Shown: piece after piece, positions 39,463 to 49,475 of the stretch | Layout of the letters: each line of letters begins with the position of its first letter | Numbering within the stretch: position 1 is the first letter of the stretch | From: Desulfosarcina sp. | Lineage (GTDB): Bacteria > Desulfobacterota > Desulfobacteria > Desulfobacterales > Desulfosarcinaceae | Assembly: GCA_030145105.1 (NCBI GenBank) | Contig: JAQYWF010000001.1 | Coordinates: forward strand, 1 to 60,918 | Reading direction: 5' to 3' | Length of the DNA stretch: 60,918 bases | Program-made: the position numbers and the translations under genes | The notes under the pieces: model-generated | The model's database searches: none | Told to the model about the DNA's origin: nothing | What the model saw: only the letters and a program-made list of their open reading frames with translations

Positions 39463-40866
39463 ATGATATTTGATCAACTGCGCCTTCGGAGCGAACTGCT
39501 TAAAGCCGTTCAAGACAGAGGTTACACTGCCCCCACCCTCATCCAGACCCAGGCCATTCCTGTTATTCTCGACGGACGAGACATTCTTGCCCGTGCCCAG
39601 ACCGGAACGGGGAAAACCGATGCATTCGCCCTTCCGTTGGTCGAAATCATGAGTCGGAAGACGGGCAACGGGCGACACCCCCGCGCACTTGTCCTGACCC
39701 CCACGCGGGAACTGGCGCTGCAGGTGGGAGAGCGCATCAAGACCTATGCAAGGCGGGTCTCTCTTCGATGCACGGTGGTACACGGCGGGGTTCGCATCAA
39801 TCCACAGATCGATCGGCTGAGACGCGGCATCGATATCCTGGTGGCCACGCCGGGCCGCCTGCTGGATCTGGCCGGCCAGCGGCATTTGAATCTTTTCCGG
39901 ATAGAATTCCTGGTTTTTGACGAGGCGGACAGAATGCTGGATTTGGGATTCAGCCAGGAGATTTCCGCGATCTTGGATCTCGTTCCTACAAACCGCCGGA
40001 CCATGTTGTTTTCGGCCACTTACACCCCACAGATTCGTGATCTTGCCAGAAGAATGCTGCAGGATCCCGAATATATCGAGGTAACGCCCCACCATACGGC
40101 GGCGGAGGCGGTCGTTCAGAAAGTATACCGGGTGGATCGATCCAACAAACGCGCGCTTCTCATCCACCTGGTTGCCAACGAAAACTGGAGCCGGGTACTG
40201 GTCTTCACCCGTACCCGACACGGGGCCAACACGCTCGCGGAGAAACTTGCCGCACATGGGATCAGGGCTGCTGCGATGCATGGCAACAAGAGCCAGTCTT
40301 TCCGGACAAGATCCCTTGAAGCCTTCAAAGCTGGTGAGGTCCGCATCCTCGTGGCGACCGATGTGGCCGCACGGGGTCTGGACATCAGCAATCTGCCCTA
40401 TGTGGTCAACTACGACATGCCGGGCATCCCCGAGGATTATGTTCACCGCATCGGTCGCACTGGCCGTGCGGGTGCAAGCGGCATTGCCGTTTCCCTGGTC
40501 AGTGACGCTGAAAAACCGTCCCTTCGGGCCATTGAAAAACTGCTGAAGCAAAAAATCCCGGTGGAAACGGTTGACGGCTATACCCAGGATAGCGACGTTC
40601 CGGACTATATTCTCTTTCGCCCGGACAGCGCATCCAGCCAAAAAAAGGCCGACAGCATTATAAAAGAGATCGTCGCCAGAAGAGATGCTGCTAAAAAACA
40701 ATCAAAAACTCGCAATGGAAAAACGGTCAGTTCCGGCAAAAGCCCCGGATCGAAATCGAAAACCCGATCCGGCAGAAAAAACGAAAAGGCAGGAAAAAAT
40801 CCGCCCCGATCAGGATCTCGCCGCACTCAAGCTTCAAGGCCGGGCAAACCCAGGGGAAGAAAATAG
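39463..40866 (+). CDS. rhlE: DEAD-box RNA helicase (RhlE-like)
   Basis: AQTGTGKT, PTRELA, TPGRL, DEAD, SAT, ARGLD, HRIGRTGR, basic tail. Confidence 0.9.
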   Translation: MIFDQLRLRSELLKAVQDRGYTAPTLIQTQAIPVILDGRDILARAQTGTGKTDAFALPLVEIMSRKTGNGRHPRALVLTPTRELALQVGERIKTYARRVSLRCTVVHGGVRINPQIDRLRRGIDILVATPGRLLDLAGQRHLNLFRIEFLVFDEADRMLDLGFSQEISAILDLVPTNRRTMLFSATYTPQIRDLARRMLQDPEYIEVTPHHTAAEAVVQKVYRVDRSNKRALLIHLVANENWSRVLVFTRTRHGANTLAEKLAAHGIRAAAMHGNKSQSFRTRSLEAFKAGEVRILVATDVAARGLDISNLPYVVNYDMPGIPEDYVHRIGRTGRAGASGIAVSLVSDAEKPSLRAIEKLLKQKIPVETVDGYTQDSDVPDYILFRPDSASSQKKADSIIKEIVARRDAAKKQSKTRNGKTVSSGKSPGSKSKTRSGRKNEKAGKNPPRSGSRRTQASRPGKPRGRK

Positions 40867-41045
40867 AGGTTTTGGCATAGGAGCAGTCTAACCGATCAAA
40901 TCCAAGCAACCTTTTTTTTAGAGATGCGTGATTACGATGCAATCAGCCATGCTTATGTTGTGGCGATGGGCGACCCAAGCCCCACGCAAACAATCATCGA
41001 CCGACAGGCCACCTGCGAGAAAAAAGTATTTTAAGGAGAGCCATT

Positions 41046-41837
41046 ATGGATCTGAAATTAGAAAACAAACTTGCTCTGATTTCTGGCAGCACGGCCGGAA
41101 TCGGTCTGGCAATTGCAAAAGCACTATCTATGGAGGGAACCCGAACGATCATCAACGGACGCTCCGAGACGTCGGTAGAAAGGACCATTTCCGAATTGGA
41201 GGCGACAGCAACCGGACAGTTATTAGGGTTTGCTGGAGACTTGTCAACAGCTGAAGCGGCCAACGAATTGTGCAGCAAGTATCTTGATGTTGATATTTTG
41301 GTCAACAATTTGGGTATCTACGAACCCGTATCCTTCGAGGAGATAAAGGATGAAGATTGGCGACGAATCTTTGAGGTCAACGTGCTGAGTGGCGTGCGCC
41401 TGTGCCGGCTATACCTTCCTTCGATGAAAAAACGCAACTGGGGACGTATCATTTTCATTTCAAGCGAGAGTGCCGTCCAGATTCCTACTGAAATGATTCA
41501 CTATGGAATGACCAAAACCGCTCAAATCGCCGTTTCCCGAGGACTGGCCGAACACGTTGCCGGGACCGGCATTACGGTCAACGCAGTCCTGCCAGGGCCG
41601 ACGAAGTCACGTGGCGTGGGCGATTTTGTGAACGAACTGGCCAAGAAAGAGGGAAAGACATTCGAGGAATTCGAGAAAGATTTTTTCGCAACCATTCGGC
41701 CGACGTCACTGATCAAGCGGTTTGCTTCAACTGAGGAAGTCGCTTCACTGGTGGCCTATGTCGCCAGCCCGCTCGCATCAGCGACAACGGGTTCAGCTCT
41801 GCGCGTTGATGGGGGTGTGGTGAAGAGCGCATTCTAA
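41046..41837 (+). CDS. Short-chain dehydrogenase/reductase
   Basis: AAGGAG RBS. SGSTAGIG, LVNNLG, YGMTK. Confidence 0.92.
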   Translation: MDLKLENKLALISGSTAGIGLAIAKALSMEGTRTIINGRSETSVERTISELEATATGQLLGFAGDLSTAEAANELCSKYLDVDILVNNLGIYEPVSFEEIKDEDWRRIFEVNVLSGVRLCRLYLPSMKKRNWGRIIFISSESAVQIPTEMIHYGMTKTAQIAVSRGLAEHVAGTGITVNAVLPGPTKSRGVGDFVNELAKKEGKTFEEFEKDFFATIRPTSLIKRFASTEEVASLVAYVASPLASATTGSALRVDGGVVKSAF

Positions 41838-41885
41838 CCGACTGCTGAAACCATACAATCAGGCCGATCCAAATAAGGAGTTATA

Positions 41886-42275
41886 ATGAGTTCATCGGTG
41901 AGCAGACCGCATGCAGCGGATTCCAAACGGGCGCTTGAACATTTCGAAAGCATGCTTGAGTTTGAAACCGATTGTTGGGACGTACATCACGCCATAAAAA
42001 ACAATCGCAAGGATTTTGTACTCCTCGATGTCCGCGGCGATGAGCTTTACAAAAGCGGCCACATCGAAAGTGCGATCAATCTGCCGCATACACGCATTAA
42101 TGAGACCAGCTTGAAAGAAATTCCATCGGACACGCTATTCGTGGTTTATTGTGCGGGCCCGCACTGCAATGGCACTGAGAAAGCCGCGATTCGGTTGGCC
42201 AGGCTTGGAAGGCCGGTTAAAAAAATGATAGGCGGCATAACCGGCTGGCTTGATGAAGGATTCAGCCTTGACTAA
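41886..42275 (+). CDS. Rhodanese-like protein
   Basis: 'LLDVR...GHI', 'VVYCAGPHCNG', 'GGITGW'. Confidence 0.9.
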   Translation: MSSSVSRPHAADSKRALEHFESMLEFETDCWDVHHAIKNNRKDFVLLDVRGDELYKSGHIESAINLPHTRINETSLKEIPSDTLFVVYCAGPHCNGTEKAAIRLARLGRPVKKMIGGITGWLDEGFSLD

Positions 42276-42300
42276 CAGATTGCTGAACAGCTTTGGATGA

Positions 42301-42591
42301 AAACTGTTTCAAAAGCACCCGAAGGTCTGTTTCGAGTTCGACATCCTGGCCGAACCCATATCGGCGCTTGACCCCTGCGATTGGAACATGCGCTACCAGA
42401 GCGTGGTCGGGTTCGGCAGGGCTTGCCTGGTTGAATCGGTCGAGGAAAAGCGACAGGCCCTGGAGATTATCACCGCCCAGTATGCCAAAGGATCTCATTC
42501 TTTTACGGAGCCCAAGCTGAAAGCCACAGCGGTAATCAAGGTGACCATCGACACCATGACCGGAAAGCAGTCCGGCTTCGATGCACAATAG
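42301..42591 (+). pseudogene. 5'-truncated pyridoxamine 5'-phosphate oxidase/NimA family flavoprotein
   Basis: Frame open from 42301: 'HPKVCFEFD...CDWNMRYQSVVGFG...EEKRQAL...MTGK'. No room for the N-terminus. Confidence 0.7.
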
Positions 42592-42687
42592 AACAAAAAC
42601 AGCCTGATTGGCCACGCTATATAGCGTTTCTCGGCAAATCAGGCTGGTTGGGTCGTCTTCAGCGACAACAATGCAGCGATAAACCCA

Positions 42688-43734
42688 TCAATGGGACTTG
42701 GCGCGCGTCCAGGCTTCATCCATAATCCGGTTGTCCTTGCCCAGATCCTTGGTGAAGTGAAGTTTTTTCATGATCGCGGGTGTCGGGTAAATTCCCGGAT
42801 TTTCCAGATCTTCAGGCGTGATGAACGCCTCGGCCGCCGCATTGGGGGTCGCATACTGGTTGTAGTTGGACAGCTCGGCACCGACTTCGGGCTCCAGCAG
42901 CCAGTTGATCCACTTGTGTGCGGCGTCCGGGTTGGGCGCTTTGCTGGGGATACACATGGAATCATACCAGATTTCACTGCCCTCGCTGGGGATGATGAAA
43001 CCCAGCTTGTCCGGCTCTTCGGTGACCGACTGAATGGCATCCCCGTTATAAACGATGGCCGCCACCGCCGTACCGGCGACCACATCGTTCTTGCCACCCA
43101 CGCCTGGCTTGAAGCCCATGCAGTTTTTCGACCGCTTGGCGGCCACCAGCAAGTCGGCAGCGGCTTTGAGATCCGCGGGCTTGGTACTGTTAAAATCCTT
43201 GCCCTGGTAAACCAGGGCGATGCCCATCATCTCGCGCACGGAATCGATCAGCCAGAATGCACCGGGCTGTTTTTTGGCATCGAACAACACCGACCAGGAC
43301 TGAGCGGCGGCGTCACTGACCTTGTCCTTGCGATACATCAGCCCCACCGTGCCCCACTGATAGGCGACGGAGTATTTGTTGCCCGGGTCATAGCTGGCTT
43401 CCCGGAAAAGGGGTTTGAGGTTCTTCAGGTTGGGAAGTTTGGCGTGATCCAGCGGCTGGACCAGCCGCTGGTTGATCAACACCGGCATGATGTAATCGGA
43501 AGGCACGATGATGTCATACTGACTGGCCCCGCCGGCCTGCAGTTTGGCCACCATCTCCTCGTTGTTCTCGTAGATGTCCAGACGGACCTTGATGCCGAAC
43601 TTCTCTTCAAAATCAGCCGGCATCTTTTCCTCGTCCATATACTCCGACCATGTGTAGACCCTCAATTCTTCGGCACTGGCCGCCATCCCGCCAAAAAGCA
43701 CCAATACCAACACAAGCAGGCTACATTTTCGCAT
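42688..43734 (-). CDS. potD: Polyamine ABC transporter substrate-binding protein
   Basis: Signal peptide, 'YTWSEY', 'YDIIVPSDY', 'YQWGTVG', 'PSEGSEIWYD'. Confidence 0.92.
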   Translation of the reverse strand: MRKCSLLVLVLVLFGGMAASAEELRVYTWSEYMDEEKMPADFEEKFGIKVRLDIYENNEEMVAKLQAGGASQYDIIVPSDYIMPVLINQRLVQPLDHAKLPNLKNLKPLFREASYDPGNKYSVAYQWGTVGLMYRKDKVSDAAAQSWSVLFDAKKQPGAFWLIDSVREMMGIALVYQGKDFNSTKPADLKAAADLLVAAKRSKNCMGFKPGVGGKNDVVAGTAVAAIVYNGDAIQSVTEEPDKLGFIIPSEGSEIWYDSMCIPSKAPNPDAAHKWINWLLEPEVGAELSNYNQYATPNAAAEAFITPEDLENPGIYPTPAIMKKLHFTKDLGKDNRIMDEAWTRAKSH

Positions 43735-43773
43735 CCTATCTCTCCTTTAGGGTTCCGGGTTTTTAGTTCCAAT

Positions 43774-43975
43774 TTCAGAAAACAACAATAGCCAAATGAC
43801 AAATAAATCACAATTGCCAATTTCAAAATTCCAAACCTGACGGTCTTGAAGGAAGGACATTCCAACCATCAATATTTGAGAAACCAATATAATAACAAAT
43901 AGTTTTTTTTACCCCGTTTGAGATATGGATATTGTAGTTTGGAATTTATTTGAGATTTACTATTTGTTGTTTGTG
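43774..43975. repeat. AT-rich long hairpin repeat, copy 2
   Basis: Shares CCAAATGACAAATAAAT, AAAATTCCAAAC and TTTGGAATTTATTTGAGATTT with 35318-35465. Confidence 0.75.
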
Positions 43976-44035
43976 ACTTATCAGTGCTTTGGATCACCGG
44001 TTCAGGTTTACAATGCCTCCATAACCCTGAATCTC

Positions 44036-44839
44036 TCAAACAATTTTTTCCTGCCGGCGGGTAAACCGCTCAGTCAACACGACCAAGACCACCGTGACCA
44101 GCATAATCAAGGTCGACAGGGCATGGATTTGCGGGGTAACTCCCCTTCGAACGGCTGCAAAAATAAACAGCGGCAGGGTTTGCGAATCAGGACCGGCAGT
44201 GAAAAAACTGATCACGAAATCATCCAGGGAAAGCGTGAAGGCCAGCATGGCACCGGCGATAATGCCCGGCATCAGCAGCGGCAGCATCACCTTTCTGAGC
44301 AGGTACCAGTTCGTGGCAAACAGATCCCTGGCCGCCTCCTCCACCTCCCGGCCGATGGCCACCAGGCGGCTGCGCACCACCAGGGCGACAAAGGCGATCT
44401 GAAAAGTGATGTGGCCGATGATCATGTTCAACAGGCCGGGCTCGAAAATGGACGATGCCAGTCGCAGCAGGCCGAATGCCACCACCAGGGATGCGGCCAG
44501 GATGATGTCAGGAATGATCACGGGAATGTGCAGGATGATATCCAGAAAATTGCTAGTCCGGGAACGCCAGGGAAAGCGATCCATGGCGATGGCCAGGATC
44601 GTACCCAGGATCGTGGCAATGATGGTGGATATCACCGCCAGCAGCAGGGTGTTCCAGGCGGCTTCGAGAATCCATTCGTTTTCGAAGAGCTTGAGATACC
44701 ATTTCAAGGTGAACCCTTTCCACACCATCCCTCGACGGGCGGCATTGACGGAGAATATCGCCACGCCCACCAGCGGCATGTAGAGAAAGGCCATGGTCAG
44801 ATAGGAAATCGCGACGACTAAGGGGTGCTGGCGCCTCAT
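44036..44839 (-). CDS. potC: Polyamine ABC transporter permease
   Basis: 'FTLKWY', 'EEAARDL', 'FTLSLDDFVISFF'. Confidence 0.92.
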   Translation of the reverse strand: MRRQHPLVVAISYLTMAFLYMPLVGVAIFSVNAARRGMVWKGFTLKWYLKLFENEWILEAAWNTLLLAVISTIIATILGTILAIAMDRFPWRSRTSNFLDIILHIPVIIPDIILAASLVVAFGLLRLASSIFEPGLLNMIIGHITFQIAFVALVVRSRLVAIGREVEEAARDLFATNWYLLRKVMLPLLMPGIIAGAMLAFTLSLDDFVISFFTAGPDSQTLPLFIFAAVRRGVTPQIHALSTLIMLVTVVLVVLTERFTRRQEKIV

Positions 44840-45750
44840 ATGACCTCGATCTCCTTGCCTTTACGGCGGTAAATTTGAAGTCCGATCATGGTCAACACCA
44901 TCAAACCCATGCTGATCGCCGCCCCGAACGGCCAGTCCCGGCTGGTGCCGAACTGCTGCTGGATGAGATTGCCCACCAGCATGTATTTGGCTCCGCCGAG
45001 CAGATCGGGAACGACGAACATGCCCATGGCGGGGACGAAGGTCAGGATGATTCCCACCGACAAACCCGGCATCGTCTGAGGCAGAATGGCCTGGGTAAAG
45101 GTCCTGAACCGCGAGGCATACAGGTCCTGGGCCGCTTCCACCAGCGACCAGTCCAGACGTTCCACGCTGGCGTATAGCGGCAGGGTGACGAAGGGCAGGA
45201 ACATGGAGACCATCCCCAGATATACGGCAAATGCATTGGGGTAAAGCGGCGCACCGTCCGGGATAAAGCCAAAAATCGCCGCCAGCCGGGCAAAGGGCAG
45301 CTCCGGTGACAAGATCAGGAACCAGGCGTAGGCCCGGATGACCATGTTGGTCCAGAACGGGATGATAACCAGGGTGAGCCACAAGTAACGGCTGTGCTCG
45401 GGTCGACCAGCAATGAAAAAACACAGGGGATAGGAGAGGATGACGGATACCAGGGTGGTAAAAAAGGCCACCACCACCGACCGCCAGAGGATCATCAGGT
45501 AATCCGGGGTCCAGCCGAAAAGAGTAAAACCGGCCAGCCGCTTGTAATTTTCCAGGGTGAAGACCCATTCCAGTTGACCATAGGCCCCCCGGGTGACCAC
45601 ACTCACGACCACCAGCACCAGGCTGGGCAGCACGAGAAACAGCATCAGCCAGAGCATCCCGGGCGTCAGGAGCAGTGACCCGCGTTTGAGCAACTGCTGC
45701 CGGGTGGTCAATTCCCCGTACCAGGTTAGTATCGAATCAGCGCGCTTCAT
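44836..45750 (-). CDS. potB: Polyamine ABC transporter permease
   Basis: '[14 protein letters not shown]', 'EAAQDL', 'QQF...RDWPFGAA'. Confidence 0.92.
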   Translation of the reverse strand: MKRADSILTWYGELTTRQQLLKRGSLLLTPGMLWLMLFLVLPSLVLVVVSVVTRGAYGQLEWVFTLENYKRLAGFTLFGWTPDYLMILWRSVVVAFFTTLVSVILSYPLCFFIAGRPEHSRYLWLTLVIIPFWTNMVIRAYAWFLILSPELPFARLAAIFGFIPDGAPLYPNAFAVYLGMVSMFLPFVTLPLYASVERLDWSLVEAAQDLYASRFRTFTQAILPQTMPGLSVGIILTFVPAMGMFVVPDLLGGAKYMLVGNLIQQQFGTSRDWPFGAAISMGLMVLTMIGLQIYRRKGKEIEVI

Positions 45751-46798
45751 CTTCAAGAATCACCAATTCCTTGGAAGCCAGTTCCAGCCAGACCTCCCTG
45801 CCAGGATCGATTCGCCGGTAGGAACTGGTGCGCACCCGCAATGGCCCAGGTTCCAACCAAAGGTCGAAATTGGTTCCCCGGTAAACGATTTCAGTCACAC
45901 GCGCACGGATGCCATTGCGCTCAGGCTCCTTGTCGCCGATACCGATCCACTCCGGACGTATCGCCACGGTGCCCTCCTGCCAGACGGGCTCTTTGTCCAG
46001 GGCCAGGAAGCCGAAGGCCGTTTGAACACCACCCGGCGCTTTGGTGCAGGGAATCAGGTTGGCCGCCCCCAGGAATTTGGCCACGAAGCTGTCGGTGGGG
46101 TTGTCGTATACCTCTTCAGGCGACCCGCACTGGACCACACGGCCCTGGCGCATCACGGCCAGCCGGTCGCTGCAGACCAGGGCTTCAGATTGATCGTGGG
46201 TGACCAGAATAAAGGTCCGCCCCAGTTTACGCTGCAACCGCCGCAGGTCTTCCTGCACTTGGGCGCGCAGGCGCGCATCCAGGGCGCTCATAGGCTCGTC
46301 CAGCAGCAGCACATCGGGTTCGTTCACCAATGCCCGGGCCAGGGCGACCCGTTGCTTCTGGCCGCCGGACAGTTGATGGGGATGACGCTGGGCCATGGAG
46401 CTTAAATCCAACATCTCCAGCCGACGATTCACCCGTTTTTTGATTTCGGCATCCGGAAACTTGCGGGAACGCAGCCCGAAAGCGATATTTTCATAGATGG
46501 TCAGGTGGGGAAACAGGGCATAGCTCTGAAACACCGTGTTCACCTGGCGTTTGATGGCGGGCAGGCGGGTGATATCTTTGCCGCCACTGAAAACCTGACC
46601 CGAGTCGGCCAGTTCGAGCCCGGCAATGATTCGCAACAGCGTGGTCTTACCGCATCCCGACGGGCCCAGCAGCGTGAAAAATTCTCCCGGCGCGACGTTC
46701 AGGGTAACGTCGTCCAGGGCGATTACATCGCCGAACTGTTTGCAGATATGTTTTACCGTAAGGCCTTGGTCAGTCGTGGGATTCTGGTTCTGGTTCAT
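45737..46798 (-). CDS. potA: Polyamine ABC transporter ATP-binding protein
   Basis: GPSGCGKTT, '[13 protein letters not shown]', LSGGQ, LLDEP. Start MNQNQ with GAGG RBS. Confidence 0.92.
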   Translation of the reverse strand: MNQNQNPTTDQGLTVKHICKQFGDVIALDDVTLNVAPGEFFTLLGPSGCGKTTLLRIIAGLELADSGQVFSGGKDITRLPAIKRQVNTVFQSYALFPHLTIYENIAFGLRSRKFPDAEIKKRVNRRLEMLDLSSMAQRHPHQLSGGQKQRVALARALVNEPDVLLLDEPMSALDARLRAQVQEDLRRLQRKLGRTFILVTHDQSEALVCSDRLAVMRQGRVVQCGSPEEVYDNPTDSFVAKFLGAANLIPCTKAPGGVQTAFGFLALDKEPVWQEGTVAIRPEWIGIGDKEPERNGIRARVTEIVYRGTNFDLWLEPGPLRVRTSSYRRIDPGREVWLELASKELVILEDEAR

Positions 46799-46938
46799 AT
46801 CCTCGGAGATCCGGAAGCGTGATCCAAACAAAGCGTTAACAACAAAAGGCTGGCAATAAGCCTGCAATTGAAATCGGTTCGGGTCGAACAGTGAGAATAG
46901 AAACGACGCTTAAACCCAGACAACCGTCTGGCTGCGGT

Positions 46939-47193
46939 TCAACCGCCAAAAATGGGATGAAAAACTTTGACCAGGGCCCGGTCCGGCAATACATCCACTT
47001 TTTTTTGCCGCCCGGCCGTTGACCGACACGATACCGACCGAACGGGGGGGACGCCCAGATGGACGATCAAATCGGCAACCGTCGACTGGGCTGGCATGTG
47101 AACCACGCACCCCGTTTCTGGGTTGTATCCCGGGACCCATTTGTCCAGCGTCCCGTATAGCTTAATGAAAAGCTGTATGGTCATTGCCGTCAA
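46939..47193 (-). CDS. moaD: MoaD/ThiS family sulfur carrier
   Basis: 'KLYGTL', 'TVADL', C-terminal 'PIFGG'. The 'VSVNG' motif is displaced into another frame between two homopolymers. Confidence 0.8.
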   Translation of the reverse strand: MTAMTIQLFIKLYGTLDKWVPGYNPETGCVVHMPAQSTVADLIVHLGVPPVRSVSCRSTAGRQKKVDVLPDRALVKVFHPIFGG

Positions 47194-47333
47194 AAGTCAA
47201 AGGTCTTTTCCATGGCCTCGTCATCCACCATCGGTTTTGCCGACAAATCGACGCGCACAAACTTCATCGGGCCTCCTTTTCCAACTGATTGGGTCTGATC
47301 TCAACACCGCAGGAAGCGCGGCAATTTCCACGC

Positions 47334-48647
47334 TTACGCAAAAGACGGCGTGCGGGTATCCTGATTGGAACCGTCGATGGCACCCGGCTGACGTTTAGCG
47401 CCGTTTTTGCGACAATCACGGGAGTACAGGCTTTTTTGCTGCTGGGTTTCATCAATCGTCACCCCCAAATCGGCCAGGTTGCGGAAGCAATACTCACGGG
47501 CATCCGCCTCGAGTTGTTCAGGAACGAAAACCCCCTTTTCGGTAAAGGCATCATCCACCATCATTTTCACGAAGACCGATGCACACTGACCGGTCAGGTA
47601 GGCTTCATGGCTGAGGCCGGAGGTTTCAAAGGCTTCCACAAGGCCCGGACCCATGGCGTAACTGTCGATCTGTATGGGATTTTCATCCTTGTAGCCTTCC
47701 ACGCGCACCAAAAAGGCCGCTTCTTCGGCCACGACCCCGTCATTGATGATGGCTTTGAGTTCATCCGGGTATTTGGGTGCCGGCGGGCACAGCTTGAGGA
47801 TCAGGTCCATGGGAACGATTTTCGTGCCGTTGACATCCACCGGTTCATCGGAAAGCAACCCCATTCGGTAGAACAGTTCGCAGAGCTTCACACCGAAGCC
47901 ACCGTATTTGAACTCCACATTTTTGACCCCCTTGAGCACCTTGTCGGCCAGCAGCCCCATGGTAACCGGTTCATCGTGTTCGTGGTCCACCATGCGGGCT
48001 TCCCGATCGATGCCCCTCAATTTCATCCTGATTGGACGGCTGAAGGGTTTATCAGTGACGTGCTTTCCGTTTTCAAAGCGAAAGGTCTTGTAGGCCATAT
48101 CCCAGAAGGCCACTTCCGGTGACCACCAGAAAGGAGTAAATCGCTTGGTGAGAACATTCTCGAAGACAAAAATACTGATGGTTTCGCATCGGTCCATTTT
48201 CTCGACGGCTTGCCTGGCCATCACGTTGGCCAGACCGGGCGATGACCCCCCCCCGACGAGTGCGGTAAGCCCCTTGGCTTTGAATTTTTCATGCCATTCG
48301 GAAAAAAGCAGCTTGTAGCTTTCCACAAAACCGATGTCTTCCATGGGGCCCGCCATGTCAAAGTAGGAGGCATTGACCACCAGGGCCGCTTTCATGACAA
48401 GCAGGTTGAAATCCAGCGGCAAGCCGTTGACGATCAGATCGCACCCCTTGGCTGCCCGGATGACGTTGTCGACGTCACTGGCATCCAGTTGAAGGGCCGT
48501 GGCCTTGCTCAGGGAACTGCTCAGCGCTTCTGCGGCTTTGCGGTCATAATCCGCGCAGATGATTTCAGACACCCCCGGATGCTCATTCATTCGCTTGGCA
48601 ATCGTACTTCCCTGGGCGCCTACCCCAATCACAATGATACGTTTCAT
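47334..48647 (-). CDS. Saccharopine dehydrogenase / carboxy(nor)spermidine dehydrogenase family oxidoreductase
   Basis: 'IGVGAQG' Rossmann fold, 'YFDMA', 'GSSPGLANV', 'DHEHDE', 'GVFVPEQL'. Confidence 0.8.
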   Translation of the reverse strand: MKRIIVIGVGAQGSTIAKRMNEHPGVSEIICADYDRKAAEALSSSLSKATALQLDASDVDNVIRAAKGCDLIVNGLPLDFNLLVMKAALVVNASYFDMAGPMEDIGFVESYKLLFSEWHEKFKAKGLTALVGGGSSPGLANVMARQAVEKMDRCETISIFVFENVLTKRFTPFWWSPEVAFWDMAYKTFRFENGKHVTDKPFSRPIRMKLRGIDREARMVDHEHDEPVTMGLLADKVLKGVKNVEFKYGGFGVKLCELFYRMGLLSDEPVDVNGTKIVPMDLILKLCPPAPKYPDELKAIINDGVVAEEAAFLVRVEGYKDENPIQIDSYAMGPGLVEAFETSGLSHEAYLTGQCASVFVKMMVDDAFTEKGVFVPEQLEADAREYCFRNLADLGVTIDETQQQKSLYSRDCRKNGAKRQPGAIDGSNQDTRTPSFA

Positions 48648-48852
48648 AAATCTCCCTATTGGAATAAATTAAACCGTCAACGCGATCCGACAGCCGGGTG
48701 CAGGTCCCGACAGACAGCTTTTCTATTTAGAGTACTTAAGATTACCATCGGATTGCCTTGCGTGCCGGGCGCTGATGCGCCGCTGTCGACCGAGACGAAT
48801 ACTGCCCCCAGCTTCCACATAGAGGAATATAAAGCTTTTTGCAATAAATATT

Positions 48853-48881
48853 TTGACAAATTTAGCGTTAACCGTTATCTT
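48853..48881 (+). promoter_or_regulatory. Sigma70 promoter of the Lrp gene
   Basis: TTGACA-N17-TATCTT, followed by a TTAATTGAA half-site at 48893. Confidence 0.55.
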
Positions 48882-48948
48882 TTTAAAAAATATTAATTGA
48901 ATTCGTTTTTTTGGGCCAACAATATCAAAAAGCAGGGAGGTTTCAGAC

Positions 48949-49431
48949 GTGAAAGCAACTGCATCCGGGGTACAAAAGCTGAACCGTGTCGACCGAAAAA
49001 TGGTTTCCCTGCTTCAAAAAGACGGCCGCATGCCCATCGTCAGCATCGCCAAAGAACTCGGCATTTCGGAAACCACTGCCAGGAGCCGATTGAAACGACT
49101 GATCACTGAAGACGTCATCAAAGTGATCGCAGTCAGCAACCCGATCCGGCTCGGCTTTGAAATCATCGGGAACATTAAACTTAGCATCGACCTGAAGAAA
49201 AAAGATGCAATTCTCAGGGCCCTGAAAGAGATTGACACCTTGAATTACGTGGCACTGACCACAGGTGGCAACGATATCGATATCGAATTCATTGCCGGCT
49301 CCCTGTCAGAGTTCAAAACACTTATTTTTGAACGGATCAGCCAGATCGATGGCGTCAATTCGGTAGAGACGTCGCTGATTGTGGAGATTATCAAAGATAC
49401 GTGGGATTATGGCACAGCATGGGATGACTGA
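48949..49431 (+). CDS. Lrp/AsnC family regulator
   Basis: GGAGG RBS. 'LQKDGRMP...IAKELGISETTARSRLKRL', 'TTGGNDI', 'GVNSVET'. Confidence 0.92.
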   Translation: MKATASGVQKLNRVDRKMVSLLQKDGRMPIVSIAKELGISETTARSRLKRLITEDVIKVIAVSNPIRLGFEIIGNIKLSIDLKKKDAILRALKEIDTLNYVALTTGGNDIDIEFIAGSLSEFKTLIFERISQIDGVNSVETSLIVEIIKDTWDYGTAWDD

Positions 49432-49475
49432 ACGCGAAACATTTCAGCTGAGAAGTCTATTCTCTGATGTCGACC

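Noticed and set aside
42691-43791. Long antisense ORFs (e.g. 42691-43791, 39394-40701, 53636-54997, 29288-30277, 4732-5799)
   Set aside because: They lie opposite well-supported genes in GC-rich DNA and have no motifs; shadow ORFs.
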